Below, piece by piece: positions 28,212-54,100 of a stretch of 64,000 bases of DNA. The notes under the pieces are model-generated. The model had not been told where the DNA came from. It was given only the letters and a program-made list of their open reading frames with translations, and did not search any database. The number at the start of each line of letters is the position of its first letter. The stretch's first letter is position 1. The translations under genes and the position numbers were made by a program. This DNA is from the human T2T-CHM13v2.0 reference genome, Homo sapiens. Where the stretch lies: the NCBI RefSeq assembly GCF_009914755.1, contig NC_060936.1; one strand, 5' to 3'.

Positions 28212-31060
28212 TTAGCTGCAGCGGCTCCTGCAGACATGGGGAGACTTACCATCGTGGATACAATCATCAAAGCTGCAAGGAGAATATTCTCTGGAGTTTG
28301 TATCACCTTTGTGTTCTCTAGGCTTTTTTTTTAGCTAACTGTGTCAGCTTCTTTAATTGTGCCCAAGTCAGCAGCTCCGCTTTCTTGGTGGATGGCAACT
28401 TCATCTGTTCTTCTGACATCACCATTTTGTTCATCTTGTGAGTCAATGGTGCTCGATTGTGGTGTTTCCATCTCTGTGGAGGCTCTTTTCTTTGCATCCC
28501 CGATGGGTTCATTGTAGAGCTTCAAATGTCTAGTGGGTATCCAAACAGAAAGCTGATCTTCTCCTGGTGAAACACAAGCAAAACCTCTCCCCCACGTTAC
28601 CACCTCCTCTATTTCCCACGTCTTATTTTTGTTTTCTTTCCACCAAATCAGTTTTTCTTCATGTGGGCTGTTCTTTTTATCAGTAAGATGCTGTCCTGCA
28701 GGGGTAGTAGTCTGATTTCTATAAATGTTTAAAAAACTTACAGTATAGAGTGCTAGATTAAGTTGCATCTGAGTAGTGGAACACTCCTTACTGTCTGCCC
28801 CTTCTTTTTGTTTAACCAATTGAGTTTTGCGTGTTCCATTTGTTCTTTTAATTATGGCCTGCCCTTGGGAATTATACAGAATTCCTCTGGTACGTGTAAT
28901 TTTCCACTGATTTAAGAATTTTAGGAAAGCTGTACTACAGTCCTGGTCCCTTGTCAGTTTTAATTTTTTTGGAACTCCCATGACAGCAAAACAAGATAAG
29001 AAATGTTTTTTTAACATGGGAAGTACTTTCTCCTGTCTGGCATGTTGCCCATATGAAATGTGAATAAGTATCAACTCTTACATGGACACATGATAATCTT
29101 TCAAATGAAGGTACATGCGTGACATCCATTTGCCATAACACATTAGGACACAGACCTCTGGGATTAACTCGTGCCTCTTGAGTGGGCAAGTGTAGGACTT
29201 GACACTGGATGCAATGCTGTACAATACTTTTTGCCTGTTTCCATGTGACATCAAATTTGTTTTTTAATCCTGCTGCATTTACTTGAGTCAAAGCATGAAG
29301 TTCTTGTGCTTTTAAGAATGCAGATGATACCAGTAAGACAGCTTGTTCATTTGCTTTAGTTAAAGGCCCTGGTAAATTAGTGTGTACTCAAATATGAGCA
29401 ATATAAAATGAGAAATTTCTTTTTCTTACAGTTTGTTGTAATAAATTGGACAGCCGGTTTAACTGATCTTGCACGCTATATTTAATTAGAGCTGTCTCAA
29501 CATCCCTTGTAGCCTGTACTACATAGGCAAAATCTGATACAATATTAATAGGTTGATTAAAATCTTGTAACACTGTAATGACTGCAACCAACTTTGCTCT
29601 TTGAGCCGATTGATAGTGAGGTTTGATGACTCGCTCTTTTGGCTCTGTGTAATCTGCTTTTCCATTGCTGGAACAATCAGTAAACACTGTCAGAGCATTT
29701 TCTAGAGGTTTATGTCTGGTAATTTGGGGTAAAATCAAAGTAGTCAATTTTAAAAACTGGAAGATTTTTGTTTTTGTTTAATGATTTTCAATAATTCCCA
29801 CAAAGTTAGCAAGACCGATCTGCCATGCACCACAATTGATAAAACTTCTCTAACTTGTTCCTTGTTTAAAGGAACAACTATTTTGTCTGGATCATTTCCA
29901 CACAATTTTATTATTTGTAATCTTTCCTGACCAATTAATGTAGCTATTTGATCCAAGTACAATGTAAAAGTCTTAATTGTACTGTGAGGAAGGAATGACC
30001 ACTCCACAAGATCAGTGTTTTGAATAATGATGCCTGTTGAAGAAGATGCAGTAGCAAAAATCAAATGTTGGTGTGGGGCTAAGGGATCTATTCTATTTAT
30101 TTGTTCTGACAGAATATTTTCTTTCACTAATTTAATTTCTTTTGTTGCCTCTGTGGTTAATATTCTTTTACTATTTAAGTCAGGGTCTCCTCTTAACATA
30201 GAGAACAAATTTGACATGGCATAAGTAGGAATGCCTAGAGTTGACCGAATCCAATTAATGTCTCCTAGCAATTTTTGAAAGTCATTTTTAATGTGTCTTT
30301 TCTTATCTCTATTTTTTGTGGCTTAGTTTTTCTATTTTCTGTCTACATCCCAAATAATGAAAAGCAGTAGATGTTTGAATCTTATCAGATGCTATTGCCA
30401 GTCCTGCGTTGGCAACCTCTGCTTGCAGAAATGTGTAAGAGTCAATTTGTCTCTCGTTTCTGCAGCACACAAAATATCATCAACATAATGAATGATGTAA
30501 CAGTCTGAAAACTTGTCTCTGGTTGAAGAGCTTGACCTATGGAAGTCTGACAAATAGTTGGAGCATTAAGCATTCTCTGAGGTAACACTTTCCAGTGAAA
30601 CCTGGTGGCTTGTTTTTTATTATTTATGGCTGGTATAGTAAAGGGAAATTTTTCAAAATCCTGCTCCGCCAGAGGAATGGTAAAAAAGTAATCCTTCAGA
30701 TCAATTATAATTAAAGACCAGTCTTTTGGGATCATGGCCGGAGAATGCAACCCGGGTTGGAGAGGGCCCATGGGTTGAATTGTGGCATTTACGTCCCTTA
30801 AGTCAGTTAACATACGCCATCTACCGGATTTTTTCTGAATTAAAAACACAGGAAAATTCCAAGGTGAGAATGAAGGCTCAATATGTCCCTTTTCTAATTG
30901 TTCTTTTGCTAATAAATGTAAAGCCTCTAGTTTTTGTTTTGGTAGTGACCACCAATTTACCCATACCGGTTTTTCTGTTTTCCAAGTTAATGGAATTGGT
31001 TTAGGAGGCTCTATGGTGGCCACCCCTAAAAAGGAAACCGTATTCATTTTCTCTCTTGAT
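28212..31060 (-). pseudogene. pol: HML-2 pol remnant (RT, RNase H, integrase)
   Basis: [25 protein letters not shown] near 30480, RNase H VFTD, integrase CxxC and WQMDVTH; many frameshifts. Boundaries approximate. Confidence 0.92.
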
Positions 31061-32030
31061 TTCCCTCAGCCTCAATTGGGACCTTAATGCCACTTTCATT
31101 TTTTCCTAGTCCCTTTCCTGGTACATATCCCATTTTAGTCTTGATTTTTTAACTCGTGGGGCAGTATAATGGAGTGGGCATAGTGATTTCTGCACCCCAT
31201 TTTTGTAATAAATCTCGACCCCACAGACTAACAGGAATTGAGGTAATCATTTGCTGAACAGTATTTTCTTGATTATCCAGCCCTAAACAATGTAAAATCA
31301 TAGTACTTTGATATACCTCTGAGAAAGTGCCTATGCCAACAAGTCCTGTAACAGCCTTTTGTTTAGGCCAATTTTTTGGCCACTGATTTAAAAATGATAG
31401 AGACATCTGCCCCCGTGTCTACTAACCCTTCAAACTGTTTTCCTTGAATAACGGCCTTACACCCAGGTCTGCTCTCTGAGACTTGACTTGCCCAATATGC
31501 AGTCTTTCCTGCTGGATCACTGCTTCCAAACCCTCCTGTTCTTTTTATCTCACTGTTTCCAACCTTAATATTAGGCAGGAGTAATAATTGAGCAATTCTG
31601 TCTCCTGGACTGGCACTCCAAGGAATTGAGGAGCTAATAACCAATTGAATTTTGCCTTTGTAGTTTGAATCAACCACACCAGTACGAATTTGAACTCTCT
31701 TTAGATTTAGACTTGATCTTCCTAAGATTAGTCCTACAGTCCCTTTAGGCAGTGGGCCATACACCCCTGTAAGGATTTCTTATGGGGGCTCCCCTGGAAG
31801 CAGAGAGACTGCTTGTATATACATAAATCCGCTGCACTGCCACTTGTGGCAGGGGACATTTGTTGTATTGTGGTAACTGGCCCTTTCCCTGAGGCACTAG
31901 TGACAGTGGGGTTTGTTGTCCCTGAAAACCCTGAGGAACAAAGGGCTGAATTGGGAATGTCCCAGTTTGTTGCAGGGCCTGAGGGTGGCCCCTCTTCTCG
32001 TTTCCTGACAATGGTTGTCTATTTTTATCA
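31026..32030 (-). pseudogene. pro: HML-2 pro remnant (dUTPase + aspartyl protease)
   Basis: GRSS, GVVDSNYKG, RIAQLL, RTGGFGS (dUTPase); LVDTGAD and WGRDLL (protease); frameshifted. Start approximate. Confidence 0.92.
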
Positions 32031-33654
32031 AACTTAGAACGACATTGATTAGCTCAATGTTTGCCTTTTTTACATCTGGGACATAGGCCAGGTGGCTCTT
32101 TATCTGTTGTTGCAGTGGCTTGAGTTGTTATATTTTGTTCATTTGAGACTGGGCAATTTTTTTTTAGATGACCAATTTGACCACGATTATAACATTTTCC
32201 CCCAAATGTTCTAACTTGTCCTCCTAAAACAACTCCCATTATTGCTTGAGCCATAAGCATAGCTTTATGCATAGCTCCTCCAATTCCATCACAGGCTTTT
32301 ACCTACTCTGAGATTACATCTGATCCTGCCGTGAACTTCCATTTTAATGCCTTAATGGCTGATTGACAATCAGGATTGGCATTTTCATATGCCATCGACT
32401 CCACTATGAACTTACAGGCATTTTCATCAGGAATTGACCTTTGAGCAGCATCTTGGAGTCTTGCCACAAAATCAGGATAGGGCTCTTTATAGCTTTATCT
32501 TATTCTATTGAATCAGGGGCAGGTGGTTTCTGGGCCTTGGATTTTTTTCCAGGCCCTAAGGCAGATAGCTTTAACTTGCTCAATGGCCTCATTTTGCATT
32601 ACTGCTTGTTGATTAGTAGTGTAACAATTTTGACCTGTTCCTAATAGTTGATCTGCATCTATGTTAACTGGAGGATTGGCAGCCCTATTTTTTCGGACTT
32701 GTTCTTGAGCCCCATCAATCCACCAAGTCTTATGTTGTAAAATTTGCGAGGGTGAGAGTGATGATTTGGCCAAAATCTGCCAATCATAAGGAATGAGTCT
32801 ATGTCCATAAGCAATGGAATCTAATAATGTTCTCATATAAAGGTATAGCGCTATTCCCTGTGGTACTGGAAACATTCCTGGCTGTCCATACTGATTTTCT
32901 GGGGGTGGCCAATACTGAAGTTTGGCTGGTGGCCAGTATTGATAGGCCACCAGAGGTTGGGTCTTATTTTTTATCAGCTGATATTGTGGACACTGTATTT
33001 GGATTGGCATTGCCATGACAGAGACTCTATCTTTTTTTATTTGGTATTCTTTTGGGGTTTGTACTTGTCTAACCTGCATTTGGTGTTGTAATGTTACAGA
33101 CATCTGAACTGCTGGAAGAGGAGTTGGTCATCGTGGTTTAGACTCTGATGGTCCCATTAATTCTGTACCTTTTTCTTCTAATTTTAATGTTTTAGGATAT
33201 ATTACCTCCTGTAGTTGATTGTAGTCAACACCTTGCGTTGACTGAGCCATTACATACTCTGCTACATATTTACAATGTGAACTTTCCATTCCTTTCCAGG
33301 ATTCTGTCCCTGCCTCTCCTTCACAATCTATTACACAGCTTTCAGGGGTATCAGAAACTGAAAAGCTATCTTCTCCTATTTGAAAAGGTTCTAAAGCTGC
33401 TTTAATAATGGACCAATCATTCCATACTGTAAGTGGGATGATTTTACCCTCCTTATTTTCTTGTTTTAATTCTATGCCAATTTTTTCCCAATCTTTTATA
33501 TCTAAAAGTCCCTGTTCTGGAAGCAATGGGCAGAATTGTTCTATTGTTTCAAATAGTGTGATTAGGTTTTCTGTAGAGACTCTAACTCCCCCTCTTTTTA
33601 AAAGAATTTCAATAAAGCTAGATAAAAGGAATATTTACTGTCAGTTTGTACCAT
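31828..33654 (-). pseudogene. gag: HML-2 gag remnant with internal deletion
   Basis: ATG at 33652-33654; MA (PEQG.LD.KDW), CA (YMRTLLDSIAYG) and NC zinc knuckles (CYNRGQIGH, CPRCKKGKH); frameshifts. Confidence 0.92.
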
Positions 33655-33782
33655 TGTTACCCTGGGTTGCTCTGAGCACACACAATCTTACCACAAGGCT
33701 GACTGTGGACTTACTCGGGAATGTCTCTTCTACTTGTCCTCAATGACCATGCTCTAGCGTAACTTCAACCTAGAGAAAAGCA

Positions 33783-33800
33783 CCCTCGTTGGGCACAAGA
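33783..33800 (-). other. Primer binding site (tRNA-Lys type, degenerate)
   Basis: tcttgtgcccaacgaggg directly after the 5' LTR, resembling HML-2 tctggtgcccaacgtgg. Confidence 0.85.
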
Positions 33801-34784
33801 TGACGGGGGACAGCCCCTCCACACCAGTGGATGTTTCTCATCTGGTAGGATGAGAGACTGAGAAAAGAAATAAGACACAGAGACAAAGTGTAGAGAAAGA
33901 ACAGTGGGGCCAGGGGACTGGCACTCAGCACAGGGAGGACCCACGCCTTCACTGGCCTCTCAGCTCCCTTAGTATATATTGATCACTATCTTTACCATTT
34001 CATAGAGGGGGATGTGGCAGGACTATAGGGTAATAGTAGGGAGAGATTCAGTAGGAAAACATGTGAGCAAAGATCTCTGTGTCAAAAATAAGTTTAAGGA
34101 AAAGTTGTGCCTTGATGTGCACATAGGCCAGATTTATGTTTGACTCTACACAAACATCTCGGTGCATTAAAGAGCAGTACTGCTGCCACCATGTCTCACC
34201 TCCAGCCATAAGGCCATTCTCCCCTTTCTCAGTAAATAGAACTGGCAATCGGGTTTTACACCAAGAGATTCCATTCCCAGGGACGAGAAGGAGACAGATG
34301 CCTTCCTCTTATCTCAACTGCAAAGAAATCTTCCACTTTCACTAATTCTCCTCAGCACAGATCATTTACAGGTGTCGGGCTGGGGAATAGACAGGTCTTT
34401 CCCTCCCATGAGGCCATACCTCAGGCTATCACATGGGGAGAAACCTTGGACAATACCCGGCTTTCCTGGGCAGAGGTCCCTGCAGGTTTCTGCAGTGCAT
34501 TCTGTCCCTGGCTACTCGAGATTAGAGAATGGTAATGACTTTTACCAAGCATAGTGCATTCAAACACATTTTCAACAAAGCACATCCTGCACAGCCCTAA
34601 ATCCATTAAACCTTGAGTCAACACACCACATGCCTATGTGGGCACAGGGTTGGGGCTAGGGTTAGAGATTAACAGCATCTCAAGGCAGAAGAAATTCTCT
34701 TGGTACAGAACAAAATAGAGTTTCTTTTATCTAATTCCTTCTACATAGACACAGTAACAATCTGATCTCTCTTTCTTTTCCACA
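33801..34784 (-). mobile_element. 5' LTR (old LTR5A/5B-like), ~984 bp
   Basis: Reverse complement starts tgtggaaaagaaagagagatcagattgttactgtgtct and ends ccccgtca; poly(A) signal decayed to AATATA. Confidence 0.93.
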
Positions 34785-35001
34785 TAGAGCAGTTTGGAAA
34801 TACCATGTAGAATCTGCAAAGGGATATTTGGGATTTCATTGAGGCCTATGGTGAAAAAGGAAATATCTTCACAGAAAAACTAGAAAGAAGCTTTCTGAGA
34901 AACTGCTCTGTGTTGGGTGAATTCACCTAACAGAATTAAACATTTCCTTTCATGGAGCAGTTTGGAAACACTGTTTATGTAGAATCTGTAAAGGGATATT
35001 T
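34785..35001. repeat. Alpha satellite fragment between the provirus and L1
   Basis: gagcagtttggaaa...gaggcctatggtgaaaaagg...gggatattt. Confidence 0.93.
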
Positions 35002-45043
<10,042 letters not shown>

Positions 45044-46062
45044 AAAGATGGCCAAATAGGAACAGCTCCTGTCTACAGCACCCAGCATGAGCAACACAGA
45101 AGATCGGTGATTTCTGCATTTCCAACTAAGGTACCTGGTTCATCTCTCTGGGGAGTGTCAGAAAGTGGGTGCAGGACAGTGGGTGCAGCACACAGAGCAT
45201 GAGCTGAAGCAAGGTGAGGCATCACCTCACCTGGAAAGTTCAAGGGGTCAGGGAATTCCCTTTCCTAGTCAAAGAAAGGGGTGACAGACGGCACCTGGAA
45301 AATCGTTTCATTCCCACCCAAATATCGCACTTTTCCAATGGTCTTAGCAAATGACACACCAGGAGATTATATCCCACACATGGCTCAGAAGGTCCTATGC
45401 CCACGGAGCCTTACTCATTGCTAGCACAGTAGCCTGAGATCAAACTGCAAGGCAGCAGCAAGGCTGGGGGAGAGGCACTTGCCATTGCCGAGGCTTGAGT
45501 AGTTAAACAAAGTGGCCGGAAAGCTTGAATTGGGTGGAGCCCACTGCAGCTCAAGGAGGGCTGCCTGCCTCTGTAGTAGAGTCCACCTCTGGGGGCAGGG
45601 AATAGCCCAACAAAAGGAAGCAGAATCCTGTGCAGACTTAAAGGTCCCTGTCTGACAGCATTGAAGAGAGTAGTGGTTCTCCCAGCACACAGCTGGAGAT
45701 CTTAGAACAGACAGACTGCCTCCTCAAGTGGGTCCCTGAACCCCAAGAAGCCTAACTGGGAGGCACCCCCTAGTAGGGGCAGACTGACACCTCGCACAGC
45801 TGGGTACTCCTCTGAGACAAAACTTCCAGAGGAACAATCAGGCAGCAGCATTTGCTGTTCACCAATATTCGTTGTTCTGCAGCATCTGCTGCTGATACCC
45901 AGGAATACAGAGTATGGAGTGGACCTCCAGGAAACTCCAACAGACCTGCAGCTGAGGGTCTCCACTGGCAGAAGGAAAACTAACAAACAGAAAGGACATC
46001 CACACCAAAACCCCATCTGTATGTCACCATCATCAAAGACCAAAGGTAGATAAACCACAAAG

Positions 46063-47076
46063 ATGGGGAAAAAACAGAGCAGAAAAACTGAAAACACTAA
46101 AAATCAGAGCACCTCTCCTCCTCCAAAGGAATGCAGCTCCTCACCAACAATGGAACAAAGCTGGATAGAGAATGAATTTGATGAGTTGAGAGAAGAAGAC
46201 TCCCAATGATGAAACTACTCCAAGCTAAAGGCGGAAGTTTGAACCCACGGCAAGGAAGTTAAAAACACTGAAAAAAATAGACAAATAGCTAACTAGAATA
46301 ATCAATGCAGAGAAGTCCTTAAAGGACCTGATGGAGCTGAAAGCCAAGGCATGAGAACTATGTGATGAATGCACAAGTTTCAATAGCCAATCCAATCAAC
46401 TGGAAGAAAGGGTATCAGTGATGGCAGATCAAATGAATAACATGAAGTGAGAACAGAAGTTTACAGAAAAAAGAATAAAAAGAAATGAACAAAGCCTCCA
46501 AGAAATATGGGACTATGTGAAAAGTCCAAATCTACCTCTGATTGGTATACCTGAAAGTGACGGGAAGAATGGAACCAAGTTGGAAAACACTCTGCAGGAT
46601 ATTGTCCAGGAGGATTTCCCCAATCTAACAAGGCAGGCCAAAATTCAAATTCAGAAAATACAGAGAATGCCACAAAGATACTCCTCGAGAAGAGCAACTC
46701 CAAGACATATAATTGACAGAAACACCAAAGTTAAAATGAAGGAAAAATGTTAAGGGCAGCGAGAGAGAAAGGTTGGGTTACCCACAAAGGGAAGCCCATC
46801 AGACTAACAGCTGCTCTCTCAGCAGAAACTCTACAAGCCAGAAGAGAGTTGCGGCCAATATTCAACATTCTTAAAGAAAAGAATTTTCAAACTAGAATTT
46901 CATATCCAGCCAAACTAAGCTTCCTAAGTGAAGGAGAAATAAAATACTTTACAGACAAGCAAATGCTGAGAGATTTTGTCACCACCAGACCTGCCCTAAA
47001 AGAGCCCCTGAAGGAAGCACTAAGCATGCAAAGGAACAACTGGTACTAGCCACTGCAAAAACATGCCAAATTGTAA
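46063..47076 (+). pseudogene. L1 ORF1 remnant, disrupted
   Basis: atggggaaaaaacagagc start; fragments 46517-46753 and 46747-47049; stops and frameshifts. Confidence 0.92.
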
Positions 47077-47136
47077 AGACTCTCAAGGCTAGGAAGAAAC
47101 TACAACTAACGAGCAAAATGACCAGCAAACATCATA

Positions 47137-50951
<3,815 letters not shown>

Positions 50952-51175
50952 ACAGTGAGAATACATGGACACTGGAAGGGGAACAGCACACAGTGGGGCC
51001 AGTTTTGGGGTCTGGGGAGGGGGGAGGTATAGCATTAGGAGATATACCTAACGTTAAATGATGAGTTAATGGGTGCAGCACACCAACATGGCACATGTAT
51101 ACACGTGTAACTAACCTGAACGTTTTGCACATGTACCCTAAATCTTAAAGTATAATAAAAAAAATTAAAAAAAAT

Positions 51176-54100
51176 AAAAACTAGAAAGAAGCTTTCTGAG
51201 AAACTGCTGTGTGTTGTGTCTGTTCATCTCACAGAGTTAAACATGTCTTCTGATTGAGCAGGTTGGAAACTGTTTTTCTGTAATCTGCGAAGGGATATTT
51301 GGGTGAGCATTGAGGCCTCTGGTGAAAAGTAAATATCTTCCAATACATACTAGAAACAAAGTTTCTGAGAAACTAATTTGTGATGTGTGCATTCATCTCA
51401 GAGAGTTAAACATTCCTTTTGTTTGAGCCGTTTGGAAAGACTATTTTACTAGAATCTGCAAAGGCATATTTGGGAGCACTTTGAGGCCTATGTTGAAAAA
51501 GGAAATATCTTCTGATACAAACTAGAAAGAAAGTTTCTGAGAAACTGCTTTGTGATGTGTTCATTCATCTAACAGATTTAAATTACATTTTTTTTTATTG
51601 AGCAGTTTGGAAACACTCTTTTTGTAGAATCTGCAAAGGGATATTGGGGAGCCCTTTGAGTATTAAGATGAAAAAGGAAATACCTCACATAAAATCTAGA
51701 AAGAAGCATTCTGAGAAACTACTTTGTGATGTGTGCATTCATCTCAGAGAGTTAAACCTTTCTTTTGATTGAGCACTTTCTACCACAGTTTTTTTTTTTT
51801 TTATAATCTGTGAAGGGATATTTGGGATCACATTGCGGCCTATGGTGAACAAGGAAATATCTTCACATACAAACTAGAAAGAAGCTTTCTCAGAAACTGC
51901 TTTGTAATGTGTGAATTCATCTCACAGAATTAAACCTTTCTTGTGATTGATCGGCTTCAAACACTGTTTTGGTAGAATCTGTGAAGGGATATTTGGGAGT
52001 GCAGTGAGGCCTATGGTGAAAAAGGATATGTCTTCAGATACAAACTAAACAGAAGCTTTCTGAGAAACTTCATTGTGATGTGTGCATTCATCACAGAGAG
52101 TTAAAACTTTCTTTTTACTGAGCAGTTTGGAAACACTGTTTTGGAAGAATATGCAAAGGGATATTTGGGAGCGCTTTGAGTCCTATGATGAAAAAGGAAA
52201 TATTTTCAGATGCAAACTAAACAGAAGCTTTTTGAGAAACTTTTTTGTGATGTGTGCATTAATCTCATGGGGATAAACTATTCTTTTGATTGAGCAGTTT
52301 AGAAACACTGTTTTTCTAGAGTCTGCAAAGGGATATTTAGAGAGCATTGAGTCCTATGGCAAAAAAGGAAATAACTTCAGATACAAACTAGAAAGAATGT
52401 TTCTGAGAAACTGCTTTTTGTCTTGTGCATTCATCTCACAGAGTTAAACCATTCTTTTGATTGAGTAGGTTTGATACAGTGTTTTTGTAGAATCTACAGA
52501 GGGATATTTTGGAGCCCATTGACCCTTATGTTGGAAAGGGAAATATGTTCACATAAAAACTAGAAAGAAGCTTTCTGAGAAACTGCTTTGTGATAAGTGC
52601 ATTCATCTCACAGAGTTAAAGCTTTCTTTTGATTGAGCAGCTTGGAAACACTGTTTTTATAGAATCTGCAAGGGGATATTGGGAGAGCATTGAGGCCTAT
52701 GGTGAAAAAGCATATATCTTCTGATACAAACTAGACAGAAGCTTTCTGAGAAACCACTTTGTGATGTGTGCATTCATCTCATAGATTTAAACCTTTCTTT
52801 TCATTGAGCAGTTTGGAAGCACCGTTTTTGTAGAATACGTAAAGGGATATTTTGGAGTGCAGGTAGGCCTATGGTGAAAAAGGAAGGATCTTCACATAAA
52901 AACTAGAAAGAAGCTTTCTGAGAAACTGCTGTATGTTTTGTCCATTCACCTCACAGAGTTAAACATTTGCTTTGATTAAGAACGCTGGAAACACTGTTTT
53001 TGTAGACTCTATGCAGGGATATTTGGAAACGCATTGGGGACTAGGATAAAAAAGGAAACATCTTCACATACAAACAAGACAGAAGCTTTCTGAGAAACTT
53101 CTTTGTGATGTGTGTATTCATTTGAGAGAGCTAAACCTTTGTTTTGATTCAGCAGTTTGGAAACACTGCTTTTGTAGGATCTGCAAAGGTATATTTGGGA
53201 GTGCATTGAGACCTAAGATGAAAAAGGAAATTCTTCAGATTCAAACTAGAGAGAAGCTTTCTGAGAAACTACTTTGTGATTTGTGCATTCATCTCACAGA
53301 GTTAAACCTTTCTTTTGATTGAGCAGTTTGGAAACACTCTTTTTGTAGACTCTCCAAAGGGATAATGTGTACAACATTGAGTCTTAAGGTGAAAAAGGAA
53401 ATATCTTCACATAAAAACTAGAAAGAAGATTTCTGAGAAACTGCTTTGTGATATGTGCATTCATCTCACAGAGTTAAACCTTTGTTTTTCTTGAGCAGTT
53501 TGGAAACACTGTTATTGTAGAATCTGCGAACTCATATTTGGGAGTGCATTGAGGCCTGTGCTGAAAAGGGATATACCTTCAGATACAAACTAGACAGAAG
53601 CTTTCTCTGAAAGTGCTTTCTGATGTGTGCATTCATATCACAGAGTTAAACCTTTCTTGTGATTGAGCAGTTTCTAAACCTGTTTTTGAAGAATCTGTGG
53701 CAGGATATTTGGGAGTGCATTGTGGCCAATGGTGAAAAGGAAATATCTTTACATAAAAACTAGAAAGAAGCTTTCTGTGAAACTGCTTTGTGATGTGTGT
53801 ATTCACCTAACACAGTTAAAACTTTCTTTTCATTGAGCAGCGTGGGAACCATTTTTGTAAAGTCTGCAAAAGCTTGTTTTAGAGCCCATTTTGTCTTACG
53901 GCGAAAAGGACATATCTTCACATAAAAATTAGAAAGAAACTTTCTGAGAAACTGCCATGTGATATATGCATTCATCTCACAGAGTTAAACTTTTCCTTTG
54001 ATGAAGCAGTTTGGAAACCCTGTCTCTGTGGAATCTGTGTAGGGATATTTCAGAGCCCATTGAGGCCTCTGGTGAAAAGGACATATATCTTCATACACAA

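Larger units (their letters stand above)
25988..28512 (-). pseudogene. env: HML-2 env remnant (type 2, rec-type leader), interrupted by an alpha insert
   Basis: MNPSGMQRK.. leader (28512), [11 protein letters not shown], furin/fusion [30 protein letters not shown]; multiple frameshifts; rec splice donor (~28249) and acceptor (~26128) recognisable. Confidence 0.92.
25120..34784 (-). mobile_element. HERV-K (HML-2) provirus, type 2, HERV-K(OLD)-like, defective
   Basis: Two LTR5-family LTRs, a Lys-tRNA PBS, a polypurine tract, and gag-pro(dUTPase)-pol-env fragments in order on the minus strand. Confidence 0.96.

Noticed and set aside
25988-33654. Coding-competent HERV-K (Gag, Pol, Env, Rec)
   Set aside because: All genes are fragmented by stops and frameshifts; the env/rec first exon terminates at 28318.
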